Assembly (NCBI GenBank): GCA_000146465.1
Contig: CP001945.1
DNA: 64,000 nt
Direction: 5' to 3' (one strand)
How positions within the stretch are numbered: the stretch's first letter is position 1; each line of letters starts with the position of its first letter. This document shows positions 49,315 through 59,513 of the stretch, piece by piece. The notes under the pieces are model-generated. The model saw only the letters and a list, made by a program, of their open reading frames with translations, was not told the origin of the DNA and did no database searches. The position numbers were made by a program, and so were the translations under genes.

Positions 49315-50853
49315 TCAATCTCCAATATGTCTTATCCATACCTTGCACTCTCCACTAGCACTGCAACTAACAATACTTGACTTTCTAAATATATTTACAC
49401 TATCCAAGCCGATTATGTTTGACTCGTGAAGCTTCATTTTCGTTAATGATTTTCCGCTATCGAACCAGACGCTGTGGGACGAGGCTGCAAGAAGGTTTTC
49501 GTCGATCAGAGTGGCTGTCCTGATATTCTCGTTTACATTCAGGACTTTGACCTTTTGGATTCTCTTATCCAGCCAGATCACTTGATTTCTAAAAACCACG
49601 ATAAAACCTTCCTTAACACGCTTGATTCCCAAGGCTTGGCCCTTAAGTATTTCCATCATTTCTATATTGAGTTCAAAATCATATACATAAACCCTTTGTC
49701 TATCGGCAAACATAAAGTTATCTTCAGATATGCAGCATATATGAAGGATCTCCCCACTAAGGACCTCTTCCCTCTCAAACATCCCTTCAAGATTCCATTT
49801 TCTCATCATGCCTCCACTGTCTAAAGAGTGGATCGAATCGAGAACTTCATAGCTAACTATTGGCGCTGCATGTCCCCTTAAAGTCCCTGACACCTCCAAG
49901 CTCATTCCCTCCTTCACGATACATCTTACCAGTAAAAGCTCATTTCCTCCAGTTCCACACACAATTAATATGTCATTAGAATGTTCCTTTATCTTCATCT
50001 CTACAACCTGCTTTCCGTCGGTTTCCACACCCAGTTCTTTTTTTCCAGACAATAGATTAACAGCAGTGATTGTCTTATTAGAAGATGCAACAAATAGAAG
50101 CTTGTGGTCTTTTGCCACTGCAGAGCACACCGTCACATGTTCATTGGGTACAAATGACATTGCCTCCTTCAACCCAAACACCTTGTCTCCTACTCCAACA
50201 CCAGATTCAAACAGAGGGCTGGAATCTCCTTGACTGGGAGCCAAGGACGGACTTACTGCATTGCCATTTCTTCCCTCGTCTCGGAAATTCCTGGGCGGTA
50301 CTTTACCAGAGGGAACATTCTGTTCTTCAAACCTAGGATATCTTGAATATCCTTGGGAGGCTCTATATCCAGGTCCAGATGCCCCTCCCTTTCTCGGGTC
50401 ATAGAACCGTGGGCCTCCATCGGCTGTTGGTGACGCCTGCCCATACATTTCATACATTTTTCTTTGGTCAAATTGCTGGTGTTGATAATACATTGGGTAT
50501 TGTTTATATGGATCCATCCCCCCTCCATATCCCATGGCCGTGGGATCCATTCTTCCTATATGCTGATATCGTCTCTTTTCATTTTCCAACTTCATCATTA
50601 TTCCCTCTATCCTACTGAGATCCTGAAGATTCGATGATAACCCGGACCTAACTGCTGAAATGTCATGAAATGCTGCATACCATTGAGCAAGAACTGGCAT
50701 TCCATCTCCAGGCTTAAAATCCCCAATCCCTGCCTCGTTAATAAATAACTTTGCTGAGCCTTCGTACTTCATCTTCAATAGGTAGTCATACACCAACATG
50801 TTTAGTGTGTCGTAAATACCCGAATCCTTCTTCTTGTAGGTATAATCCCCCAT
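49315..50853 (-). CDS. LisH-domain plus WD40-repeat protein (Tup1/LEUNIG/Gid7-WDR26-like scaffold)
   Basis: N-terminal LisH (LNMLVYDYLLKMKYEGSAKLFINEAGI), Gly/Tyr/Gln/Pro-rich low-complexity linker, C-terminal WD40 repeats. The first codon of the track ORF is GTG; ATG follows at 50853. Confidence 0.5.
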   Translation of the reverse strand: MGDYTYKKKDSGIYDTLNMLVYDYLLKMKYEGSAKLFINEAGIGDFKPGDGMPVLAQWYAAFHDISAVRSGLSSNLQDLSRIEGIMMKLENEKRRYQHIGRMDPTAMGYGGGMDPYKQYPMYYQHQQFDQRKMYEMYGQASPTADGGPRFYDPRKGGASGPGYRASQGYSRYPRFEEQNVPSGKVPPRNFRDEGRNGNAVSPSLAPSQGDSSPLFESGVGVGDKVFGLKEAMSFVPNEHVTVCSAVAKDHKLLFVASSNKTITAVNLLSGKKELGVETDGKQVVEMKIKEHSNDILIVCGTGGNELLLVRCIVKEGMSLEVSGTLRGHAAPIVSYEVLDSIHSLDSGGMMRKWNLEGMFEREEVLSGEILHICCISEDNFMFADRQRVYVYDFELNIEMMEILKGQALGIKRVKEGFIVVFRNQVIWLDKRIQKVKVLNVNENIRTATLIDENLLAASSHSVWFDSGKSLTKMKLHESNIIGLDSVNIFRKSSIVSCSASGECKVWIRHIGD

Positions 50854-51034
50854 CACAAGGGGTCTTCAAATTAAAAACTTTAGTTACACTATAGAACACC
50901 TATCTGCTATATAGAGAAAGCTGATGTCATTTCAGGATATCCCTTTTCCTTTCCATTAAGAATACATACATCCCCCTGGTAATATCTCTGGATCACATTT
51001 ATATGAATCATAATATTTATTACGTGTGTGGCTT

Positions 51035-52114
51035 CTACTTAGTCACTACAACAGAAAAGTCATTCCCAACATCAAAATCTATCACTTCAGGAAATTCATA
51101 TGGAATCTTCTTCGGTTCAAACAGGGTTTCTTCTTCATGTCCCAATGCACCATTGAACCCGGTTCCCCACGAATATAGCTCATTTCCAACTTTACCTATG
51201 CTGAAGCTGTTATAAGAACGAACAGCTTCTACTCCACTAAGCCCAAGTTTGGTGGGAGATTTGAGGTTTTCCACATTCTGGATCCCAAGCTGTCCTTCCT
51301 TATTTCTCCCACTTCCATATAGACTACCATCCTTAGTTACAAACAAACTGTGATTTTCTCCTCCTACTGCTTGAGATATGCCGTCCAAGGGAACCTTGTA
51401 TTTGTTGAAAGTGCTTTCCGCCTTATCATGCCCCAACTGCCCGTATAGGTTAGATCCCCAACAATAGGCTTCTCCATCTGTGTTCAGTGCTATCAGATGG
51501 TTCAGGCCAGATGCAATAGACTTGAACCTATGGTTCTGGAGGCGTTTTCTAGGAGTCGTAACTGCATCTGGTATAAGAGCTCTTAATTTATTTCTTTCAG
51601 ATGTTCTTCTTCCAAGCTCTCCAAATTCGTTCGATCCAAAGGTATAAATCACATCCTTTGAATCAAGTGCAGCTATGAAGCTTTGCCCTGCGCTCAAGGC
51701 CCTTATGTTTTTGAGAGGAACCTTTACGGGTTCAAAAGAAATGCCCTCAGAAGGAGTTAATCCAAAGGTCCCGTTTGTCGATCGAAATGTTCCCCACACA
51801 TAGACATGCCCACTGGAAGTCAATGCAGCAGAGATGGAGGCTCCGCAATCCATATCTACAACCTTTTCTTGAAGACAAACTTTTTCAGGTGTGGATTCGT
51901 CTCCACCTCTTCCCAGAGCTCCTTCGTCATTGCATCCCCAGGAATATAGAGTTCCACTAGTATCGAGGACCAACGTATGTAATGACCCACATCGAACCTT
52001 GGATAAAGACATTCCGTCAAAAAAAGAAAGTCTGGTTGGAACATGAGTACTTCCTTCATCTTCTCCCAGCCCTAGCTGAGATATGGCATTTGATCCAAAA
52101 ACAAAAACACTCAT
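51035..52114 (-). CDS. RCC1: RCC1 (Ran guanine-nucleotide exchange factor), seven-bladed propeller
   Basis: Repeated RCC1 blades: FVFGSNAISQLGLGEDE, YSWGCNDEGALGRGGDE, YVWGTFRSTNGTFGL, YTFGSNEFGELGR, YCWGSNLYGQLG, YGSGRNKEGQLG, YSWGTGFNGALG. Confidence 0.75.
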   Translation of the reverse strand: MSVFVFGSNAISQLGLGEDEGSTHVPTRLSFFDGMSLSKVRCGSLHTLVLDTSGTLYSWGCNDEGALGRGGDESTPEKVCLQEKVVDMDCGASISAALTSSGHVYVWGTFRSTNGTFGLTPSEGISFEPVKVPLKNIRALSAGQSFIAALDSKDVIYTFGSNEFGELGRRTSERNKLRALIPDAVTTPRKRLQNHRFKSIASGLNHLIALNTDGEAYCWGSNLYGQLGHDKAESTFNKYKVPLDGISQAVGGENHSLFVTKDGSLYGSGRNKEGQLGIQNVENLKSPTKLGLSGVEAVRSYNSFSIGKVGNELYSWGTGFNGALGHEEETLFEPKKIPYEFPEVIDFDVGNDFSVVVTK

Positions 52115-52183
52115 TCTAAGGACTTTCTTTATTTTTGAAAATTTATTCTTCCTAGGTATAATCTTCTACTTTTTTGAGTCCTT

Positions 52184-53041
52184 ATGAAGCTTGAATTTTC
52201 CAACGGCTTTGAAGACTTGGCATTTGTCTTAAAATACTTCAATGCCGATTCCAGCCTGGAAAAGGTGGAAAGCGGGTTAAGGCTTACCGATGGGGGAGAA
52301 GAATACGTGGGACTAGACAACGTATTGGCTTTTTTGTACAGAACTTACGAGCCAGGACACAACAATAAAAGTATCAAAGAAACAAAGAAATTGAGGGAAA
52401 GTCCAGAAGTGAGGAAGGTAGAGGAAAGTATATCAAGTCTTGTATCATTTTATGGGCTGTATCGTCAGATGATTACACAAGGCATATTAAAAAATAAGGT
52501 GTTTATCGACCAAATGGTTGAGCATATTAGGCCAAGAATGAGTCTGGACTCTGATTTTCAACTGCTAGACATACAGGTTGGAGAGATAGTAGACATTGGC
52601 GATGTTCAAGGACTTGATAAGCTTTATTCTGAGAGGGTTGTTGCAAAGGAAGAGATAAGAGTTTTAAGTGGGCTGAAAGGCTATGTAGAAAAAGAACATC
52701 TATTAGGAAACAAATTCCTCTTTGTTACCAACATGAAGCCAGCCAAATTCAAGGGAGAGACTTCTGAAGGAATGATTCTATGTGGGAAGGATAAGGATGG
52801 AAAGATCGAGCCTATTTTGATACCAAAAGAGATACAGAATGGGGCCAGGTTAGGACTAGAAGGATTTGAAATGCTTCTTAATGACTTTAGTTCTGGAAAG
52901 GTTGACATGAGAAAGAGTGGATATGCCCATGCTCTAGAATCGTTTAAGATAATAGACCATTTCCTCACTTTTAAGGGCATAAAGGTCACTTGCGAAGGAA
53001 AGTTCATCAAAACTCATACTTCCGATGGCCTGGTAAGTTGA
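52184..53041 (+). CDS. Arc1p/EMAP-II-like tRNA-binding protein (aminoacyl-tRNA synthetase cofactor)
   Basis: C-terminal OB-fold tRNA-binding domain LDIQVGEIVDIGDVQGLDKLYSERVVAKEEIRVLSGLKGYVEKEHLLGNKFLFVTNMKPAKFKGETSEGMILCG; GST-like N-terminus. Confidence 0.6.
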   Translation: MKLEFSNGFEDLAFVLKYFNADSSLEKVESGLRLTDGGEEYVGLDNVLAFLYRTYEPGHNNKSIKETKKLRESPEVRKVEESISSLVSFYGLYRQMITQGILKNKVFIDQMVEHIRPRMSLDSDFQLLDIQVGEIVDIGDVQGLDKLYSERVVAKEEIRVLSGLKGYVEKEHLLGNKFLFVTNMKPAKFKGETSEGMILCGKDKDGKIEPILIPKEIQNGARLGLEGFEMLLNDFSSGKVDMRKSGYAHALESFKIIDHFLTFKGIKVTCEGKFIKTHTSDGLVS

Positions 53042-53126
53042 TTAAATCGACTTCAAGCGATGTAACTAAATAGTGTTTTCCTTGATTCTAAGATAAATAA
53101 AATTTCCAGCCTGGGGCGAGGAATAG

Positions 53127-53873
53127 ATGGAAGTTAAAAACGGCATAGATTACGTCTTTCGAGGATCTAGAGATGAGGTGAAACAAACCTTTAAGTTCCA
53201 AGGATCAGCTATAGTTCTGACACCGTACAGAAGTAAATGCTCTGGATTAGCATATTTAGAAGACAGTGAAGAAATTGTGATGACACCAAAGATGGCTTTG
53301 GAAAGAAGTTTCGATAAGATGAAAGGCGGACATGTGATTGTAGAGGATTGTGAGTTGATGGATGGGTTTGGGTATATGGAAGATTTAATATGTCTGAAGA
53401 GGAAGGGGATTTCATTTATCCTTCTGAATGCCCAGAAAGTTCCCAAGTTTGCAGAGAATCCTGTCTTTATATCTAGCAATAGATACTTTATAAAAGCAAC
53501 AAAGGATGAAAGATATGCTGCAATTTTTGCATTATGTAAGATTTATAAGAATGTGTGCATTATATGTAAGGATGTAGAGAGGATGAAGATGTTTTCTGAG
53601 ATTTTCAAGCTAAATCTGGATGTTGTTGGGCACGGAGATGCTGTAGACGGTAGAAGCGTTGTTATTGTGATGGATGGGTTGGTAAATATTAAGTGTGAGA
53701 AGCTATTCTATGTTGGGGATAAATGTAAAGGAATGAAAACGATGGTTTTAGACACGAGCAAAATTGGGAAATTTCTGTATAGGGTCAGGGATGTGTGTAA
53801 TATGCTTTCCCCGGGAGTTGTAAGGGGGAAAAAGGAATTGAATATCAATAGGTTTCGCGGGATTGAGAAATAG
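53127..53873 (+). CDS. Hypothetical protein (possible degenerate helicase-C-like fold)
   Basis: 248 aa; the segment ICKDVERMKMFSEIFKLNLDVVGHGDAVDGRSVVIVMDGLVNIKCEKLFYVGD loosely resembles helicase C-terminal motifs IV-VI but lacks catalytic Arg residues. Confidence 0.25.
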   Translation: MEVKNGIDYVFRGSRDEVKQTFKFQGSAIVLTPYRSKCSGLAYLEDSEEIVMTPKMALERSFDKMKGGHVIVEDCELMDGFGYMEDLICLKRKGISFILLNAQKVPKFAENPVFISSNRYFIKATKDERYAAIFALCKIYKNVCIICKDVERMKMFSEIFKLNLDVVGHGDAVDGRSVVIVMDGLVNIKCEKLFYVGDKCKGMKTMVLDTSKIGKFLYRVRDVCNMLSPGVVRGKKELNINRFRGIEK

Positions 53874-53920
53874 AAATGGCTAGAACAGTGAAATGACTTG
53901 CGAAGAGACCCCTATATTTG

Positions 53921-54913
53921 ATGGTGAGCTCGCCGGACAGCAAAGTCTTCGGCGAGAATGTTATTGACGAAAAGTTGGTAAGAAAGCTATGCTTTGGAGG
54001 GGTGAGGAACAAGTACCGAGGAGTTGCATGGAGGATTCTCTTTCAGGTTGTTGGGTTGAAAAAACAATTTCACAGAGAGGAGGTCGAGGTCGGGCATGCT
54101 AAATATGCTGAAATGGTGGCTCGGATGGGATGTTCTTGCCAAATGGGTGAGTATTTCTATGGGGGAAGAGATTTGAACATAGACAAAAGCAGCCTTGAAA
54201 ACCTAAACAAGACGAAACATCATGCACTTAAGTTGCCTGAAAAGATAGTGCATCAAATTGATCTTGACATAAAAAGAATAGATCTTAGATACAGGACTTA
54301 TCTAGGAGTAGATATATCATATATGTATTACCGTGTATTATGGCTGATTGCATATAAAAGACCGCTACTTGGATATATCCAAGGAATGGCTGATATTTTG
54401 GTTCCTTTTGTCTTTGTTTTTTCGCATGAAGATGTCGAGAGAGCTGAAAGCAATGCCTATTTCTGTTATGCTCGGTTACTAGATGAGACACAGCACAACA
54501 TAATGGATCTACAAACAGGAATGATTAAAAGTCTGGATTTTGTTTTGCAGATGGTAGACCCGGACTTGCATAAGTTCCTGAAAGACATTGGGTTAGAAAT
54601 ACATATGTTTGCATTCAGATGGTTTAATTGTTTCTTTACCCGAGAATTCAAGATTCCAATTCTGCTCAAGGTTTTGGATACTATTTTTTCCTCTGACAGC
54701 ATCAATGAGTCTTTGCTGTACTTTGGAGTAGCTCTTCTGATGAAGTTCAAGCCTGTTTTGATTGAGAACGACTTTTCTCATAATATCCTGTTTTTGCAAA
54801 GCATATACGAACAGACTTGGGAAGAAGCAGAAATAGAGCTTGTTTTGTCATCAGCGAAATTTTATAGAAAAGTGACTTCTAAGCAACTGCTTTGGTCTCG
54901 GTTCTGGGGTTGA
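53921..54913 (+). CDS. TBC-domain Rab GTPase-activating protein
   Basis: Arg-finger motif IDLDIKRIDLRY (IxxDxxR) and Gln-finger motif YIQGMADIL (YxQ); about 330 aa. Track start 53918 is TTG. Confidence 0.75.
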   Translation: MVSSPDSKVFGENVIDEKLVRKLCFGGVRNKYRGVAWRILFQVVGLKKQFHREEVEVGHAKYAEMVARMGCSCQMGEYFYGGRDLNIDKSSLENLNKTKHHALKLPEKIVHQIDLDIKRIDLRYRTYLGVDISYMYYRVLWLIAYKRPLLGYIQGMADILVPFVFVFSHEDVERAESNAYFCYARLLDETQHNIMDLQTGMIKSLDFVLQMVDPDLHKFLKDIGLEIHMFAFRWFNCFFTREFKIPILLKVLDTIFSSDSINESLLYFGVALLMKFKPVLIENDFSHNILFLQSIYEQTWEEAEIELVLSSAKFYRKVTSKQLLWSRFWG

Positions 54914-55002
54914 CTCCATCAAGAAACGCTGCTGAAAATTGCCCTTTGTCTTTATAGAGATGTCAGATTATAGAGAATTTGTTTTGTTTAGAATGACCCC
55001 TG

Positions 55003-55578
55003 ATGAATATAGTCTTTCTTTTATTAGGAAAGGTGATATCAGATGCATTTTCCCAATTGCCAGTACTCAGAAAGGAGGATATATCGCTAGATGATGCATT
55101 CCTTGTATACATCTATTACTCTAGGCCAAATGTTCATTGCCCCGCTTGTGAGTCATTCAATCAAAGTATCTCTGATCTTCAAAAATACATTCCTGTGAAG
55201 AAAATAAATTTCTTTGAGGATCCAAAGATTGCTTCACGCTTCTACACATTCTTGTTTCCGTCTTTTGTTGTAAGGGACAAAGGACGCAGCTACCACCTGG
55301 ATGTGGATAGTTTTGAGGAGTTGGAAGAGATTATAAGAGATAGAAAATGGACCCAATTTAAGCCTATAAGATTATGGATGGATGTGGATTCATACTTTAT
55401 TAATATGTATTCTCTTGCAAATTGCATCTTTTTCAAGGCTATGCAAAGATTATATGTTGTTTTTGACACCGTTCCCGAATGGGCTATAAATTTTGGATTT
55501 AGTGCTATCATTGGATACATGGTTTACTCTATATGCCTGGTCTTCATGGTACCGCCTTCAGATAAAAAGAAGGAATAA
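55003..55578 (+). CDS. Thioredoxin-fold membrane protein (TMX/PDI-like) with CPAC active site
   Basis: N-terminal signal sequence, HCPACE (CxxC) redox motif in a thioredoxin-like region, C-terminal TM helix and KKKE tail. Confidence 0.45.
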   Translation: MNIVFLLLGKVISDAFSQLPVLRKEDISLDDAFLVYIYYSRPNVHCPACESFNQSISDLQKYIPVKKINFFEDPKIASRFYTFLFPSFVVRDKGRSYHLDVDSFEELEEIIRDRKWTQFKPIRLWMDVDSYFINMYSLANCIFFKAMQRLYVVFDTVPEWAINFGFSAIIGYMVYSICLVFMVPPSDKKKE

Positions 55579-55644
55579 ATATGTAACCTCTGTGTATCCT
55601 TTTCATCCTCTTAATAGAATATTTTGTGTGATCTTACTACCCTG

Positions 55645-56301
55645 ATGGAGGATCTTACAAAGATACTAAAGGAGGCTGTGAAAGATCATACAGAATATTT
55701 GAGAAAGTTTATTTTGGCTTTCAAAAACGACCGGAAGGAGCTGGAAATAAGACTGGGGAGAATAGTTTCCAAAGAAGATGGAAACAGAATGAAACTTGAT
55801 ACGGTGGCACCTGTTGTGTTCAAAAACATCCCTGCAGAATATAGATTTGAGAGTGCAGTTGATCTTGCAGATTTTAATTCTCTCAAGAGGCTTCTTTCCT
55901 CTTTTAAGAGCGAGACAAAGAATGATGTGGTTATAATTAATGAGGATGGAAGGGAAACGTATGAGAATGGAGAGTTAAAGAAGGTTGAAAAAAAAACAAG
56001 ATCGGAAAAGCTTGACATATATATTCCTGGAAAGAAGTATGATGTGAGGCTTGTTTTAAATGAGGAGAAAGAAGTATTCAAGCGTGCCAGTAAGAAGAAG
56101 GCTATTATGAAAAGAACAAGGCGAAGAGAAACATACTTTATAGAACCTTACGGATTTGATTTTACAGAAGCTATTCTTTCAGGGGAAAGGGAGGAGAAAA
56201 GAAAATTTGAGGTTGAAGTGGAGGTGTTCAGTTCCGAGAAGCTAGTGTCAAGTGATTTTGTCTCTTTGATATACAACTTCAATGTTGATTCTCTTGTATA
56301 A
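55645..56301 (+). CDS. mRNA capping enzyme RNA 5'-triphosphatase (Cet1-type triphosphate tunnel metalloenzyme)
   Basis: Motif A ELEIRLGRIV near the N-terminus and alternating charged beta strands (tunnel motifs) through to the C-terminus; 218 aa, the size of microsporidian Cet1. Track start is TTG; ATG 55645 is preceded by CCC. Confidence 0.6.
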   Translation: MEDLTKILKEAVKDHTEYLRKFILAFKNDRKELEIRLGRIVSKEDGNRMKLDTVAPVVFKNIPAEYRFESAVDLADFNSLKRLLSSFKSETKNDVVIINEDGRETYENGELKKVEKKTRSEKLDIYIPGKKYDVRLVLNEEKEVFKRASKKKAIMKRTRRRETYFIEPYGFDFTEAILSGEREEKRKFEVEVEVFSSEKLVSSDFVSLIYNFNVDSLV

Positions 56302-56453
56302 TAAATTTTTATTCCTAGCCAATTGGAGAGGAGTTTCGGCTTCTTCTATATAGAAATCAGCATGAACTATCTCTTCTGGTGAATAAGGAAGATGTTCAGG
56401 TCTGGCTTAGCGACGGAAGCTGGGAAGAAAAACTGAAAAATTTTGTACCCCGG

Positions 56454-57098
56454 ATGGAGAGAAGAGAACTAACATACAAGATATGCTTGATAGGGGATGG
56501 AGGAGTCGGTAAGACGACTTATATAAATAGGGTGCTTGATGGGAGGTTTGAAAAGAACTACAACGCAACTGTAGGAGCAGTGAATCACCCGGTGACATTT
56601 CTCGATGACCAAGGGAACGTCATTAAGTTCAATGTTTGGGACACAGCAGGACAAGAGAAGAAGGCAGTATTGAAGGATGTGTACTACATAGGCGCAAGCG
56701 GTGCTATTTTTTTCTTTGATGTGACATCCAGAATTACATGCCAAAATCTTGCTCGTTGGGTTAAGGAGTTCCAAGCGGTTGTTGGCAATGAAGCACCTAT
56801 AGTTGTATGCGCCAATAAGATCGATATAAAGAATAGGCAGAAGATTAGTAAGAAGCTAGTGATGGAGGTCTTGAAGGGGAAGAACTATGAGTACTTTGAG
56901 ATCAGTGCCAAGACAGCACACAACTTTGGGCTTCCGTTTTTGCATTTAGCCCGGACATTCACTGGAAGGCCCGATCTTATATTTGTGTCGAATGTGAATC
57001 TTGAGCCGACAGAAGTCAACTACGATTACCATAGTCCTGAGGAAACAAAATATATCGACTACATGGAGCAGGCGGCAAAGATGGCACCTGAGGAGTAA
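56454..57098 (+). CDS. RAN: Ran GTPase
   Basis: GDGGVGKTT (P-loop), WDTAGQEK, NKIDIK, SAK; C-terminal acidic tail; about 214 aa. Track ORF begins with GTG at 56379; ATG 56454 is preceded by CCCC. Confidence 0.9.
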   Translation: MERRELTYKICLIGDGGVGKTTYINRVLDGRFEKNYNATVGAVNHPVTFLDDQGNVIKFNVWDTAGQEKKAVLKDVYYIGASGAIFFFDVTSRITCQNLARWVKEFQAVVGNEAPIVVCANKIDIKNRQKISKKLVMEVLKGKNYEYFEISAKTAHNFGLPFLHLARTFTGRPDLIFVSNVNLEPTEVNYDYHSPEETKYIDYMEQAAKMAPEE

Positions 57099-57184
57099 GA
57101 TTAAAAGTAATACATCCTATGATTTGTTTTTGGTAGAAATGGAAAGAAATAGAACGTTAATTCTGTCCTCTTTTGAGCCCTGAA

Positions 57185-57544
57185 ATGGAGAAGAAGTTTC
57201 CAACAGTTGTGACCATAGGAGGACGAAGATATGTTAAAAATAATATTAACAAAAGTTCTGTCGATGGAAGAATGAAGTTAAGAGAAGCGATTAAGTCCCT
57301 GGGTAGGAAGGTCCAGAAGTCCAAGATTTCACATTGCACTATCGAGAGTAAAACTAGTTTGCATGCTTACAAGCTGGACGATTCCAAGGTCCTCTTCAAC
57401 AAGAATAACAAGCCTATTGGATTCATAGTCACTGGAAAATCAGAGACTATTGAGAAGGCGATAGGAAAAGAGATTTCTAGAAAAATAGATGGAGAAGATG
57501 TTCCAAAAGAATCCGAAAACATCGAAAGAGAGGAGAAGCCTTAA
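57185..57544 (+). CDS. Hypothetical small basic protein
   Basis: 119 aa from the first ATG (track start is TTG); K-rich; unassigned. Confidence 0.3.
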   Translation: MEKKFPTVVTIGGRRYVKNNINKSSVDGRMKLREAIKSLGRKVQKSKISHCTIESKTSLHAYKLDDSKVLFNKNNKPIGFIVTGKSETIEKAIGKEISRKIDGEDVPKESENIEREEKP

Positions 57545-57581
57545 GGCCTTTATTGACTAATTAAATGTTTTTAATAAGTTT

Positions 57582-58466
57582 CTAGTCCTGAAATGACTCT
57601 GTATGTTCTTCGATTGCCCAAATGTTCAAAAGACTCGAAGATGAAACAAACTGAGCATAACAAGGATTGAAGCGGACCTTTGCATTGTCGAAGCCGTGTG
57701 CCTTATATGTATGCAATCTTCTTTTGGTTTTAAGATGATAAACGAATATGGAGCTGTTTTCGCAGCAAAGGAAGAATTTCGAGTCTGGGGTAACGCATCC
57801 ATTGCTGCCTTTCTCCAGACTTATTGAGCTTTTTATTGCCCCATCTGGTCCAAGGAAGAGATGGCCTTTTTCGTCGGACGCTATTATGAAATTTCCATCC
57901 GTAGAGTAAAATATTTCCTTATACCTTCGCTCTGGAAGCGACGAAGTATTTTTTGGTCCCTTTGGATTTCTTTTATCGTATACCTTAAGGAGAGTATCAT
58001 TAATTAGTGTGGCATAGTCATTAGAAAGGGACAGGGAACTTATGGAGTTAGTTACATTGATCCTATACACTGGATTTTTCTTTCTTATGTCCCAGTAGCT
58101 CGTGGAGTCAAAAGACGAAGAAAGAATGGCATCTTCCATCGGACATACGGAAAGAGAGTTTATCTGGCTTTTATGTCCAATAAAGGTTCGAACATACTTA
58201 TTGTCAAACACAGACAAAAGATGTAGAGAATTGGATGCTGCATGGACCAATGCATTAGGATACAAAAACTTGTACTTCTGTATGCTTGGAACATGAATTA
58301 TGTTTTGGACGTTTCCAGACACCGACGAGTACAGCCTCAATATATTGTTCTGGGTGGTACTTAGCAAAAGGCCGTCTGTCGAATATTCCACTTCTTCAGG
58401 AGAGGTGTCTGGGCCCAAGGATTTTGACTGTCTAAACTCGGAGAATGCTTCGTCGGTAAGGATCAT
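57582..58466 (-). CDS. WD40 protein Swd2/WDR82-like (COMPASS/APT subunit)
   Basis: From the first ATG: MILTDEAFSEFRQSKSL...NNILRLYSSVSG...LLSVFDNKYVRTFIGHKSQINSLSVCPMED is collinear with WDR82 (MKLTDSVLRSFRVAKVF...IVLYDCQEGK...[29 protein letters not shown]). Track start is TTG. Confidence 0.65.
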   Translation of the reverse strand: MILTDEAFSEFRQSKSLGPDTSPEEVEYSTDGLLLSTTQNNILRLYSSVSGNVQNIIHVPSIQKYKFLYPNALVHAASNSLHLLSVFDNKYVRTFIGHKSQINSLSVCPMEDAILSSSFDSTSYWDIRKKNPVYRINVTNSISSLSLSNDYATLINDTLLKVYDKRNPKGPKNTSSLPERRYKEIFYSTDGNFIIASDEKGHLFLGPDGAIKSSISLEKGSNGCVTPDSKFFLCCENSSIFVYHLKTKRRLHTYKAHGFDNAKVRFNPCYAQFVSSSSLLNIWAIEEHTESFQD

Positions 58467-58580
58467 TGAAGAAGGAGGGAGAAAAAGGAGGCTAAAAGCG
58501 CTCTCAAAAAAACTCGGAGCAAAATACAAAGAGGATAGTATTGTGAAGTTTATTTAAAATACAATTGTTTTCACCTCCAA

Positions 58581-59165
58581 TTAAGATAAGTTATATGCTC
58601 GAAGTATACTGGCTGTTCTCTTGCTTCGAGGCCTAGACTTTTTGGAAGCTTCTTCATTGAATGTTTTGAAGAGTTCATTCCAGGCTTTCTGATCAATCTT
58701 AGTCTCGAGCTGGGATAAGATTTCCGAAAGCTTTCTGGGCTCAAAAGCTTCTAGTAAACTTATCAGGAGCCTTGACTTCTCGTTTGCTGCAAAAGACCGT
58801 GTTATCGAGACCATAAACTCTGTGATAAACACTGGATTCCAGGTAAATATAAGCCCGGAAATTATTCTAACTCTTTTGTTGTATTTTTCTTTATCTTCTT
58901 CTGTTCTCCTGAAGCTCAGGACTTTGATATCCTCAACCAGCATTTTCTTAGAAAAGATTATTATGGACTTCAATGTCCAGTCCTTGACTATCCACTTCAC
59001 GACAATTATGAAGTCCGACGTCTTATAATTATCAACATACTTCTTCATGTTGTATGCAACTATACGTGCATTATCCTCGTTTCTTATCCATTCTCCGAAG
59101 TTTGCATCATAAGTGTCGTCCATGTATGAGATAGACTTTTCTATCTTTTCTAAACACAAGCCCAT
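58581..59165 (-). CDS. Hypothetical protein
   Basis: 194-aa ATG-initiated ORF; unassigned. Confidence 0.3.
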   Translation of the reverse strand: MGLCLEKIEKSISYMDDTYDANFGEWIRNEDNARIVAYNMKKYVDNYKTSDFIIVVKWIVKDWTLKSIIIFSKKMLVEDIKVLSFRRTEEDKEKYNKRVRIISGLIFTWNPVFITEFMVSITRSFAANEKSRLLISLLEAFEPRKLSEILSQLETKIDQKAWNELFKTFNEEASKKSRPRSKRTASILRAYNLS

Positions 59166-59513
59166 GTCCCTTACTCCTAAGTGACTCTTTTTATACGAAA
59201 AGGTTTCTCCTTTAAATTGCTAAGTAATCGGCCAAATCAATGCTTAGAATTAATTAAGATATAGATGACACCCGGGATCTTAATAAAGAAGTTTATAAAG
59301 AATGGGCCCTCCAATTTGGATTGCCCTAAGCATTTCAAGAATTTCTAAAGAAACCTTATAGTCTCCTATTTAATAAAAGGAGAAATAAATAAAATAAAGC
59401 AGGATAGATTTATTCATTTGTACTCCGTGAATAGCATCAGAGATGCCGGGAAATCTATTTGAAAACTTAATATGGGTGGAAGTTGTATGACAGGAAGGCT
59501 TTTAATAACTTTC

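Noticed and set aside
53034-53100. GTAAGT at 53034, at the very end of the Arc1p-like gene, as a possible 5' splice site
   Set aside because: The GTAAGT encodes the last two residues (VS) before a TGA stop. The OB-fold domain is complete at that point, and no downstream AG acceptor restores a frame into the next gene.
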